DNA of 53,614 nt from Blastocatellia bacterium (GTDB lineage: Bacteria > Acidobacteriota > Blastocatellia > RBC074), in the NCBI GenBank assembly GCA_035280505.1, contig DATEFT010000166.1, forward strand, positions 1 to 53,614, read 5' to 3'. This document shows positions 45,508 through 53,614 of the stretch, in pieces. A program made the translations under genes and the position numbers. The notes under the pieces are model-generated. The model did not search any database and was not told the origin of the DNA. It saw only the letters and a list, made by a program, of their open reading frames with translations. Each line of letters begins with the position of its first letter. The stretch's first letter is position 1.

Positions 45508-48387
45508 TTAGGTCCGTCTCTTTGTCTTGGCCTTCTCCCGAATCTCGCGGACGCGGGCAAACAATCCGGCCGCTTCGTTGCTGCGGTTCATGAGGCGCAA
45601 GAGAGCGCCATAGTTCTCCAGGATGGTGGCGACGTTGAGGTGGTCGGGACCCAGCACCTTCTCCCGGATGGCAATCGCGCGCTGATAGAGGGGCTCCGCC
45701 TCTTCGTACTTCCGCTGCGAGGAGTAGAGCAGGGCCAGATTGTTGAGGCTCTGGGCCGTATCCGGATGGTCGGCCCCCAGGGTTCGTTCGCGGATCGCCA
45801 GCGCCCGCTCGTAGAGCGGTTCGGCCGCCTGATACCTCCATTGCGAATAGTAGAACGCGGCCAGATTGTTGAGGCTCTGGGCCGTATCCGGATGATCGCT
45901 CCCCAGCGCCTGCTCGCGAACGGCGAGGGCGCGCTGGTAGAGAGGTTCGGCCTCACCATACTTGCCCTGCGCGGTGTAGATCGCCGCCAGATGGTTCAGA
46001 CTGTTGGCCGTCTCCGGATGGACGGCGCCCAATGACCGCTCGCGGATCGCCAGCGCCCGCTCGTAGAGCGGTTCGGCCTCTCCGACCTTACCCTGCCCGG
46101 AGTAGATCACCGCCAACTGGTCGATGGCGTTGACGATCACCGGATGTTGATCCCCCAGGGGTTGCTCGTAGACGGTGATGATCCGTTTATAGAGTCGCTC
46201 CGCGACCCCGTACTTGCCCTGCACCCGGTAGAGGTCCGCCAGGCTGCTGAGACTCTGGGCCGTGTCCGGGTGTTCGGCTCCCAGGGCCTGCTCCCGGATC
46301 GTCAGCGCCCGCTCATAGAGCGGTTCGGCCTCTCCGTATTTGCCCAATGAATCGTGGAACGAGGCCAGGTTGCTGAGACTCCAGGCCGTCCAGGGATGGA
46401 GCGCCCCCATGGCCTTCTCGTAGACGGCGACGACCCGCTTATAGAGCTGTTCGGCCATCCCGAACTTGCCTTGGGCCCGGTAGAGCCCCGCCAGATGATG
46501 CAGAGTGGTGGCCGTATCCTGATGATCGGCGCCCAGGACGCGTTCCCGGATGGTCAGCGCGCGGTGGTAGAGCGGTTCGGCCTCGCTGTACCGCGCCTGT
46601 CCGGCCAGGTAGGAACCCACCTTGATCAGGAGCCGGGAGGCGGCGGGAAACTCGAAGTCGTAGCGGTCGATCAGTCCGGCCAGCGCCTGCGCATGCTGAA
46701 TCAGACGCTCACACTCCGGCCGGTTGGTGGATTCCACCTCCGGAAAGGCCGCATTGACGGCGCGGACCAGCCGTTCCGCCCATAATCGTTTGGCCGGATC
46801 GAACATTCCGCCTTTCAGCAGATCCTGCAGCAGGCGATGAAGACTGAGCGTTCTGGCCTGCGGATCGCGCCGCAGCATCGAAAAACGCTCGGCTTCGCCG
46901 ATCGCCTCGATCAACCCGCCCGGTCCGTCCGGAGTCTCGACGGCGCAACCCAGGGCCTCGCCCAGTTCGGCCGCTCCCCGGTCAAAGAGCTCTTCGGGAA
47001 TCGCGTCGGGCTCCATGAAAGCACAGAGGCGTAACAGGTCGGCGGTGGCGGGGTTGCGGTCCGACACCTGCTTGAAGGTCATCCCGAAGCTGGCCGAGAC
47101 CGCGACCGAATGGTCGTCCGGAAGATCCCGGCGGCGGTCCCGCAGTTTGGCGCTTTCGGACCGGTACGATTCCAGATACTCCGCCAGGGTCGACGAAGTC
47201 TCGCCGAGATAGGCCGCCGCCTGCTCGAGCGCGAGCGGGAGCCCGCCCAGTTCTCTTGACAACTCCTCCGCCTGTGAACGGATCGCGGGCGGCGCCGCAT
47301 CCAGGGTGGCCTCCCGCGGGGATTGGCGGATCTTCCGCCACAGGAAGAGCGCGCCCTCCTGCGGCGACCAGCCCTCGACGAGATGGCAGGTGGCGACCCG
47401 GCCGCCGGTCTGGGCCCGCGTCGTCAAGAGGACATGGCCGGTCGCGCCCCTCGGAATAAACTCTCTCGCCATCGTCGGATCGTCGGCGCTGTCGAGGATC
47501 AACAGCCAGCCGTCATTCTCTTCCAGCCACCCCCGAACCACTTTGACGGCCTCGCCCCAGTCCTCGGAGGCACGTTCGGGAATGTCGAGCAGCCCGGCCA
47601 TGGCGACGAAATCGGCCATCAGCATCTCTTTGGTTCGGGCCCGCCCCCACAACATCACGCGGTAGCGGTCGCGATGCCGGGACGCGTACTCCAGCGCGAT
47701 CCGGGTCTTGCCGATGCCGCCCCGCCCGTTCAGCGCCTGCACCGATTGCCCGCTGTCGAATCCATTCTCCAGCACCCGCAGGATGGCTTCACGCCCGGTG
47801 AAGTATTCATGATTGAAATTCGGGAGATTGGACATCCAGCGTTCCCAGGGGGGCGCCCCATTGAGGGCCGGCCCCGGCACGGATCGTGAGATCGGCGGCG
47901 GCAACACAGGTTCCGACTCCGCGGCCATCAAGTAGTGATGGTATCCGTTGCCGTTCCCGTTCCCGTTGGGCATTCCGCCGACGCCCGGAGTATGATCGAG
48001 ACGATCTTCCCCGAACACCGCGCCATGACGGCCGGTGATCAGGTGCGCGTCACCATTCGTTCTTCTCTGATTGAATATTTTCTTGATCTCTTCAGCCAAC
48101 GCTCGATCGGTCGAGAGGATATCTTCCAGTTCCACCTCCAAAACCGTCTGGTACTTGGCGTTCCCCGGCGAGGCCACCACCCGATGTGCGGCATTGAGGG
48201 CCATGGGCTTCTCCTCAATCTTCCGCATCAACTTATCGATCCACGCGGTCTCCCAGTCCTCCGCAGTCGCGTCCTCCAGGAGATTATCCAGGCTCTCACC
48301 GTCGGTGAACTTTCCGGTTTCGATCATCGCGGGCAGGTACCGAATGAGGTACGGCATGACTAGTGGCGCAATATTTGTGACGTCCAT
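45508..48387 (-). CDS. NB-ARC-type STAND NTPase with a C-terminal TPR array and an unassigned ~200-aa N-terminal domain (NLR-like)
   Basis: P-loop GRGGIGKTRIALEYA and Walker B WLLILDSADD. Eight clear 42-aa units of the type AEPLYERALAIRE..LG..HPDTAQSLNNLA.LY. AGAGGAAG lies before the ATG. Confidence 0.9.
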   Translation of the reverse strand: MDVTNIAPLVMPYLIRYLPAMIETGKFTDGESLDNLLEDATAEDWETAWIDKLMRKIEEKPMALNAAHRVVASPGNAKYQTVLEVELEDILSTDRALAEEIKKIFNQRRTNGDAHLITGRHGAVFGEDRLDHTPGVGGMPNGNGNGNGYHHYLMAAESEPVLPPPISRSVPGPALNGAPPWERWMSNLPNFNHEYFTGREAILRVLENGFDSGQSVQALNGRGGIGKTRIALEYASRHRDRYRVMLWGRARTKEMLMADFVAMAGLLDIPERASEDWGEAVKVVRGWLEENDGWLLILDSADDPTMAREFIPRGATGHVLLTTRAQTGGRVATCHLVEGWSPQEGALFLWRKIRQSPREATLDAAPPAIRSQAEELSRELGGLPLALEQAAAYLGETSSTLAEYLESYRSESAKLRDRRRDLPDDHSVAVSASFGMTFKQVSDRNPATADLLRLCAFMEPDAIPEELFDRGAAELGEALGCAVETPDGPGGLIEAIGEAERFSMLRRDPQARTLSLHRLLQDLLKGGMFDPAKRLWAERLVRAVNAAFPEVESTNRPECERLIQHAQALAGLIDRYDFEFPAASRLLIKVGSYLAGQARYSEAEPLYHRALTIRERVLGADHQDTATTLHHLAGLYRAQGKFGMAEQLYKRVVAVYEKAMGALHPWTAWSLSNLASFHDSLGKYGEAEPLYERALTIREQALGAEHPDTAQSLSSLADLYRVQGKYGVAERLYKRIITVYEQPLGDQHPVIVNAIDQLAVIYSGQGKVGEAEPLYERALAIRERSLGAVHPETANSLNHLAAIYTAQGKYGEAEPLYQRALAVREQALGSDHPDTAQSLNNLAAFYYSQWRYQAAEPLYERALAIRERTLGADHPDTAQSLNNLALLYSSQRKYEEAEPLYQRAIAIREKVLGPDHLNVATILENYGALLRLMNRSNEAAGLFARVREIREKAKTKRRT

Positions 48388-49195
48388 GGGCTTCCTCTTT
48401 GGGGGTGAATATTTTGATGCGGTGACGCATCATAAACAGGTCGCCTGGTCTCTCAGAACCGGAGCATTCGGCGTTGGCCGCCCTTGCAATCAAAGATCAA
48501 TAACGGCGCTCTCCTGCGCGATTAAGATACCCGGTGATTCCTGACCTTTAATTTATTGAGCGATTCCTGTGCCACCCTGGATGTAGTGACAGCTTTGTCA
48601 GCGATGTGCCGTCTCTGATGAAAAATCTCCAGCATTGAAGAGGGGATGAAAATATCAACCTCGATCAGGCCCACTCGGCCGTCTTTCGAGTTGATTCGGC
48701 GTAGTATCGCTACTGTTTCAGAATCGTTCGGTCAGCAGAACCACAGGCAGATCTTAAAGAGAGTTACCGATCCCTGATCTGTGCAATTATGCCCCATTCT
48801 GAAGGCGGCAGATTTGCTGAAATCGATCGCGCCGGGGCCGGCGAGATCCGACTTCAACACCGTGAGGGTGCCGCTTACATCAATACTACCATTGAGTTAT
48901 ACACGCCAAGCGGGAACGCTCGACGCGTCAAGTGCTGCGCCCTGATCCTTCCATGGATTGAAAGTGGTGACGACTCCCGATCAATGCAAGAAATCAGTAC
49001 ATTGATTTATTGTGCCCTTGCACCAACTTGAGACACACAACATCAGAGACAAAAGCCTCAATTCCCGCCATTGTGGGTGATAGAACTATTGGCAAGCGCA
49101 AAGATCATGGACGTACTTCTTCGATGGCATGGCCTGGCTTTTGCGCTATCAAAAATAGCAGCACTCACCGAAATAATCCACAGAATTCCCGATTT

Positions 49196-49891
49196 TTACT
49201 CACCGGGATTGAAACGATAGCCGGTCCAGGGCTCGGTCAGGAGGTAGCGGGGTTTGGCCGGGTCGGGTTCGATCTTCTTACGCAGATGGCCGACGAAGAC
49301 GCGGAGGTATTCGGTCTGTTCGACGTAATCGCCGCCCCAGATCGCCCCCAGCAGCAGGCGATGGGTCAGGACCTTATTGGGGTGGCGGACGAAATGGAGC
49401 AACAGTTCGTACTCTTTGGGGGTCAGGTGGAGTTCGCGGCCCAGGACGGCGACGGCGCGGTTTTCGAGATCGATCCGGAAGTCCCCGATCTCGATCAGCT
49501 TCTGCTCCGGCCCGGTCGCCAACTGCGGGCGGCGCAGCACCACCCGCACCCGCGCCAACAGTTCATCCATCCCGAAGGGCTTGGTCACGTAATCGTCGGC
49601 GCCCGCATCCAGAGCCTCGACCTTGGTGCGCTCCTCGCCCTTGGCCGAGAGGACGATGATCGGCACGGATGAGATCGCTCTCAGGCGCCGGCAGAGCTCC
49701 AGTCCGCCCATATTGGGCATGGCCAGATCGGTGACCACCACCTCGGGCCTCCAGAGCTGGAAAGCGGCGAGGGCCTCTTCCCCCTCGGCCGCCACCTGCA
49801 CGTCATAGCCGTGGCTCGACAGGCTGCGGCGCAGAACGCGGGTAATCTGCGGCTCGTCGTCGACCACCAGGATGCGCCGTGGTTCACTCAT
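49196..49891 (-). CDS. kdpE: OmpR-family response regulator, KdpE-like
   Basis: Receiver domain (ILVVDDEPQI...VVTDLAMPNMGG...SAKGEE) plus wHTH. YLRVFVGHLRKKIEPDPAKPRYLLTEPWTGYRF closely resembles E. coli KdpE as I recall it. There is no adjacent kdpD. Confidence 0.85.
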   Translation of the reverse strand: MSEPRRILVVDDEPQITRVLRRSLSSHGYDVQVAAEGEEALAAFQLWRPEVVVTDLAMPNMGGLELCRRLRAISSVPIIVLSAKGEERTKVEALDAGADDYVTKPFGMDELLARVRVVLRRPQLATGPEQKLIEIGDFRIDLENRAVAVLGRELHLTPKEYELLLHFVRHPNKVLTHRLLLGAIWGGDYVEQTEYLRVFVGHLRKKIEPDPAKPRYLLTEPWTGYRFNPGE

Positions 49892-50079
49892 GACAGTCTC
49901 CTCTCGATCGCGCGCCGCTCTCCGCCGAGCCGGACGCGCGCATTCAAAATACTCTCTTTACTGCGGTTTGGCCAATACTCTATAATTCCTCTCATTCTAC
50001 CCCCGGCATCGCTTCCATTCGCTCCCGGTTCAAGGGAGGGTTGTTGTGGCTAGTAGGATGCCTATTCGGTTCGTCCCAC

Positions 50080-51138
50080 ATGAAGATTTGCAGTTTGAAA
50101 AGATACGCTCGCGTTCAAGCCCGCTGGCTGATCATTCTGGCCTTGGGTCTCGCGGCCTTCTCACCGGGACCTCGCGACGGCGTCGGCGCCCAGGCGACGA
50201 GGCAACGGCGAGTCGGATCCAATCTCCCGGAACCCCAGGCGGGGGGAGAACAGACGATCCGGGTCGGAACCCAGTTGGTCAACGTGCTCTTCTCCGCCAC
50301 CGACAAAGAGAATCGATATCTCAACGATCTGACGAAGAGTGAGGTCACGGTCCTGGAGAACGGCAAGCCGCAGGAGATCTTCACTTTCAAGCGCGAACAG
50401 GACCTTCCGCTCACGATCGCGATCCTCGTCGATGTCAGCAACAGCGTGATCCCCATCCTCCCGCGGTTGACGGTCGCCAGCTCCCGGTTCATCAACTCCG
50501 TCATGCGTCCGGGCCAGGACCAGACGGCCCTCATCCAATTCGACAACGAGGCGGTCCTGATCCGGGATCTCACCTCCGATCCGCTGCGGCTGCGCAACGG
50601 ACTGCGGGAGATTGCGGAGAATGCGCCGCCCCCGCCGAGGAGAATCTACGGCGGGTTGCCGCCGCCGGTCATCTTCGGATCGCGAGTCGGGGGCACGTCG
50701 ATCTTCGATTCGATCAGCGTCGCCTGTTCCGATCTGCTGGCCGGAAAAACCGGGCGCAAAACCGTCATCCTCTTCACCGACGGGTTCGATACGACCAGCA
50801 AATTGAGGCGGTTCGAGGCGGTCGAGGACGCCCTGCGGGCCGAAACGGTCATCTATGCGATCGGAGTCGGCGATGCGGCGGGAGAAGGGGTCAACAAAGG
50901 CGAGTTGAATCGAATCTGCGAGCCCACCGGCGGCCGGGCCTTCATTCCCAGGGATGCCGAAGAGCTGGATGAAGCCTTCGCCGAACTGGAACGGGAGATG
51001 CGCCAACAATATCTGCTGGCTTACGAGCCGACCGACGATACGGCCGACGGCAGTTTCCGCAAGATCGAGGTCCGCATCCCCAAGCGCCGCGGAGTCCGCG
51101 TGCGCCATCGTCTCGGCTACTACGCGCTGCCCAGGTGA
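50080..51138 (+). CDS. VWFA-related Acidobacterial-type (TIGR03436-like) VWA domain protein
   Basis: Signal-like N-terminus. TIRVGTQLVNVLFSATDKENRYLNDLTKSEVTVLENGKPQEI and LTIAILVDVSNS (MIDAS-like). The maximal ORF starts at TTG 50041. Confidence 0.85.
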   Translation: MKICSLKRYARVQARWLIILALGLAAFSPGPRDGVGAQATRQRRVGSNLPEPQAGGEQTIRVGTQLVNVLFSATDKENRYLNDLTKSEVTVLENGKPQEIFTFKREQDLPLTIAILVDVSNSVIPILPRLTVASSRFINSVMRPGQDQTALIQFDNEAVLIRDLTSDPLRLRNGLREIAENAPPPPRRIYGGLPPPVIFGSRVGGTSIFDSISVACSDLLAGKTGRKTVILFTDGFDTTSKLRRFEAVEDALRAETVIYAIGVGDAAGEGVNKGELNRICEPTGGRAFIPRDAEELDEAFAELEREMRQQYLLAYEPTDDTADGSFRKIEVRIPKRRGVRVRHRLGYYALPR

Positions 51139-51156
51139 TCCCGGCCCCTCTCGGAT

Positions 51157-52218
51157 CTATTTCGGGAGCGCGAAATATCCCTCTTTCGCCCGAATATAGA
51201 GATCAGGCCGGTTCCCCGGCCGATGGAGCTTGATCTTGATCTTCCGCCACTGGCCATTGCGCTGATCGTTGTTCGGAATATAACCGAGGCTGTACTGGTG
51301 GCGTAATTCCAGAGCGATCCGGGTCGTGGCGTCTTCCAATTCCGGGCCCGAACGAGGAAAGAAGGCCTTGCCTCCGGTCATGTCGGAGAGCGCTTCGAGA
51401 AACGACTGTCCGGTGACCTCGAGCACGTCCGCGCCGAACCCTCTCGAGACGATTCCGATGCTGTAGATCTGGACGTCGGTCTCTTTGAGCAGGTTTCGTA
51501 ACTCGTTGTAATTATATCGCGAGGCATTGTCCTGGCCGTCGGAGATGACCAGGATCGCGCGCTTGCTATGACGCCCCTGCTGGACCTTCTCCAACCCCAG
51601 ATAAGCGGCATCATAGAGCGCGGTCGGCCCGCTCGGAACGACCGTGGCCATCTTACTGAGAATGGTATTGCCGTCGGTGAACTCCGCGACCAACTGGGCC
51701 CGCTGGTTGAAGGTGATCAGAAAAAAATCGTCATCGTGATGGCAGGTTTCGATGAAGGCCCTGAGGGCTTCACGGGCGTACTTCATCTTGCGCTCCATGC
51801 TGCCCGAGAGGTCGAAGAGGATGCCGACGCTGAGCGGCGCATCCTCGTCGCTGAAAAATTCGATGTTCTGTTTGACCTTGTCCTCGAAGACCTCGAAATT
51901 CTGACGATCCAGCCCCGTCACCAATCGATTCTTGCGATCGGTCACGGTCACCGTCAGGGTCACCACATCGGTCGTCAGCTTGACGGTCGAGCCGTCCTTG
52001 ATCGGATCCGCGGACTTCTTGGACAGGATCGAGGGCTGGCTCTGGGACGGGACGGGAGAAGTCTTCGTCTGACCATCGGGCTGGACTCCCCCTCGCTCCG
52101 GATCTTGCGGCCGAGCGGATCGGGCCGGGCGCGCGGAGAGAGCAATCAACCCCAGGGCAAACAAAAGATAGAGCACACTCATCCGATGAAGGCGCAACGG
52201 ACTGAACATCAGGATCAC
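51157..52218 (-). CDS. VWFA-related Acidobacterial-type VWA domain protein (second copy, convergent)
   Basis: VKLTTDVVTLTVTVTDRKNRLVTGLDRQNFEVFEDKVKQNI and LSVGILFDLSGSM. Same architecture as 50080-51138. Confidence 0.85.
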   Translation of the reverse strand: MILMFSPLRLHRMSVLYLLFALGLIALSARPARSARPQDPERGGVQPDGQTKTSPVPSQSQPSILSKKSADPIKDGSTVKLTTDVVTLTVTVTDRKNRLVTGLDRQNFEVFEDKVKQNIEFFSDEDAPLSVGILFDLSGSMERKMKYAREALRAFIETCHHDDDFFLITFNQRAQLVAEFTDGNTILSKMATVVPSGPTALYDAAYLGLEKVQQGRHSKRAILVISDGQDNASRYNYNELRNLLKETDVQIYSIGIVSRGFGADVLEVTGQSFLEALSDMTGGKAFFPRSGPELEDATTRIALELRHQYSLGYIPNNDQRNGQWRKIKIKLHRPGNRPDLYIRAKEGYFALPK

Positions 52219-52498
52219 CCCAGTTCTCTAAAATCGATCAAATCTTCGCGAGGCGAAAGAACACGGTGGGCCCATCATACTACATTTATTCGTTTTTGCT
52301 CTCCCTCAGGAGACGCTTTCGCTAATTCTCCGGACGCCAGCCGCGCGCGCTTATGGCACCCTCCTTGCAGCCTCCACGTTACCGACCACTTCCCCCCTGA
52401 ACTGTAGATTTGACCGGACGGTTGGGCACAATTGAGGACACCCGACTGTCGTGGATGATTACGTCTGATGACTACAGAGAACAGAAAGGAAGATCACC

Positions 52499-53614
52499 AT
52501 GAATCAACTTCGTACCAGCCGCGGCGGGATCGGATTCTCGCTGCTCGCATTTTGTCTAATCGTGGCGGCGGCCGTCTTCGGCGCCTGCCGGAGCGACCTG
52601 CCGAATTGGCAGGCCGGAAGCGATCGAACGGATCCTAATGCGCCCCGGCTCGCCAACGGCGACTGGACGACCGACGCGCCCGGCGTTCGCCACAAATTGA
52701 CGCCGGCCGATCTTCCCCCGCCCTACGCCACCCAATCGTCCAGTAATCAACCGCGCCTGGTGGCGCCCCCGCCGGGCGCGATGCCGAAAGTTCCGGTCGG
52801 TTACCGGGTCGTGAGGTTCGTCGACAATCTGACCAACCCGCGGATGATCCGCACCGCTCCGAACGGAGACCTCTTCGTGGTGGAGTCGGCGGCGAATCGC
52901 GTGCGCTTGCTGCGGGATGCGAACGGCGACGGTCAGCCCGAGATCAACGAAGTCTTCACCGAGGGCCTGAATCAACCGTTCGGAGTCGCGTTCTATCCGC
53001 CGGGCCCGAGCCCGCTATACGTCTACGTGGCCAACACGGGCTCGGTCGTTCGCTTCCCGTACCAGAGCGGCGACACGCGACCGCGCGGCCCGGCCGAAAC
53101 GGTGGTCTCCAACATCTCCGGCGGCGGCCAGTTGCCGGGCGGCGGCCATTGGACGCGCGATCTCGTCTTCTCGCTCGACGGCTCGAAGATGTACGTCTCG
53201 GTCGGTTCACGCTCCAATGTCTCGGACGACGAATCGGAGGCGCGCCGCGCCCGCATCTTCGAATACACGCCCGACGGCCAGAACGAGCGGGTCTATGCTT
53301 ACGGCATCCGAAGTCCGGTCGGCCTGGCCATTCACCCCCTGACTGGCGAGTTGTGGACCTCCGTCAACGAACGCGACGAGCTCGGCGACGATCTCGTGCC
53401 GGACTACATCACGCACGTCCAGGATGGCGGCTTTTACGGCTGGCCCTGGTACTACATCGGCGGGAACCAGGATCCGCGTCATCAGGGCAAACACCCGGAG
53501 CTGAGAGACCAGGTGATCGTCCCCGACGTCTTGATCCAGGCGCATAGCGCCTCGCTCGGCATGACCTTCTATACGGGCAACCAGTTCCCGCCCGAATATC
53601 GAAATCTGCCCTTC
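52499..53614 (+). CDS. PQQ-dependent sugar (glucose/sorbosone) dehydrogenase-like beta-propeller lipoprotein; 3' end runs off the window
   Basis: Absent from the ORF track because it is open at the window edge. My translation reads MNQLRTSRGGIGFSLLAFCLIVAAAVFGAC...PRMIRTAPNGDLFVVES...NQPFGVAFYP...GGGHWTRDLVFS...GIRSPVGLAIHP.TGELWTSVNERDELGDDLVPDY...GGFYGWPWYY. Confidence 0.8.
   Translation, partial: MNQLRTSRGGIGFSLLAFCLIVAAAVFGACRSDLPNWQAGSDRTDPNAPRLANGDWTTDAPGVRHKLTPADLPPPYATQSSSNQPRLVAPPPGAMPKVPVGYRVVRFVDNLTNPRMIRTAPNGDLFVVESAANRVRLLRDANGDGQPEINEVFTEGLNQPFGVAFYPPGPSPLYVYVANTGSVVRFPYQSGDTRPRGPAETVVSNISGGGQLPGGGHWTRDLVFSLDGSKMYVSVGSRSNVSDDESEARRARIFEYTPDGQNERVYAYGIRSPVGLAIHPLTGELWTSVNERDELGDDLVPDYITHVQDGGFYGWPWYYIGGNQDPRHQGKHPELRDQVIVPDVLIQAHSASLGMTFYTGNQFPPEYRNLPF

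Noticed and set aside
48789-49031. ORF 48789-49031(+) in the 800-nt gap upstream of the NB-ARC gene
   Set aside because: It has no RBS, no recognisable motif and mixed composition. There is insufficient support to call it a gene.

Overview
High-G+C bacterial chromosomal segment, judged by eye rather than computed. It is most likely Acidobacteriota, because it carries an ADOP-type duplicated FtsX permease and two TIGR03436-style VWFA proteins. I support about 33 CDS and recognised no rRNA, tRNA or CRISPR array.

Left edge: metH runs off the window and is absent from the ORF track. It is preceded by a YitJ-like homocysteine methyltransferase/MTHFR fusion behind a ~195-nt leader that contains a terminator. 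wecB and a WecA-like transferase follow, separated by an insertion holding a decayed IS110 transposase fragment and a 466-aa unknown protein.

Centre: a PilZ protein, a 1115-aa MalT-like STAND ATPase-TPR-SARP regulator, and an ECF sigma. Then an S8 protease with GISATGMDG repeats and an SLH-like tail, peptide-type ABC importer parts, and the ADOP permease.

Most notable is a dispersed paralogous set of three zf-HC2 anti-sigma-like membrane proteins (235, ~345 and ~1207 aa) and two ECF sigmas.
- The largest zf-HC2 protein is fused to a TPR array and a CHAT (caspase-like) protease.
- It is flanked by an uncharacterised membrane-plus-soluble protein, which occurs fused at one locus and split into two genes at the sigma/anti-sigma locus.
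- Also nearby are an unknown 257-aa protein and an M91-like HExxH peptidase.

Also present are an NB-ARC/TPR NLR-like ATPase with an unassigned N-terminal domain and several lower-G+C, ORF-poor stretches (about 11.5-13.4 kb, 27.8-29.5 kb, 39.3-40.1 kb). These stretches carry a duplicated ~159-nt structured element, short tandem repeats and a ~45-nt conserved block shared by two anti-sigma-type loci.

All motif, hairpin and homology calls were made by eye or from memory. None was checked with HMMs or folding software.
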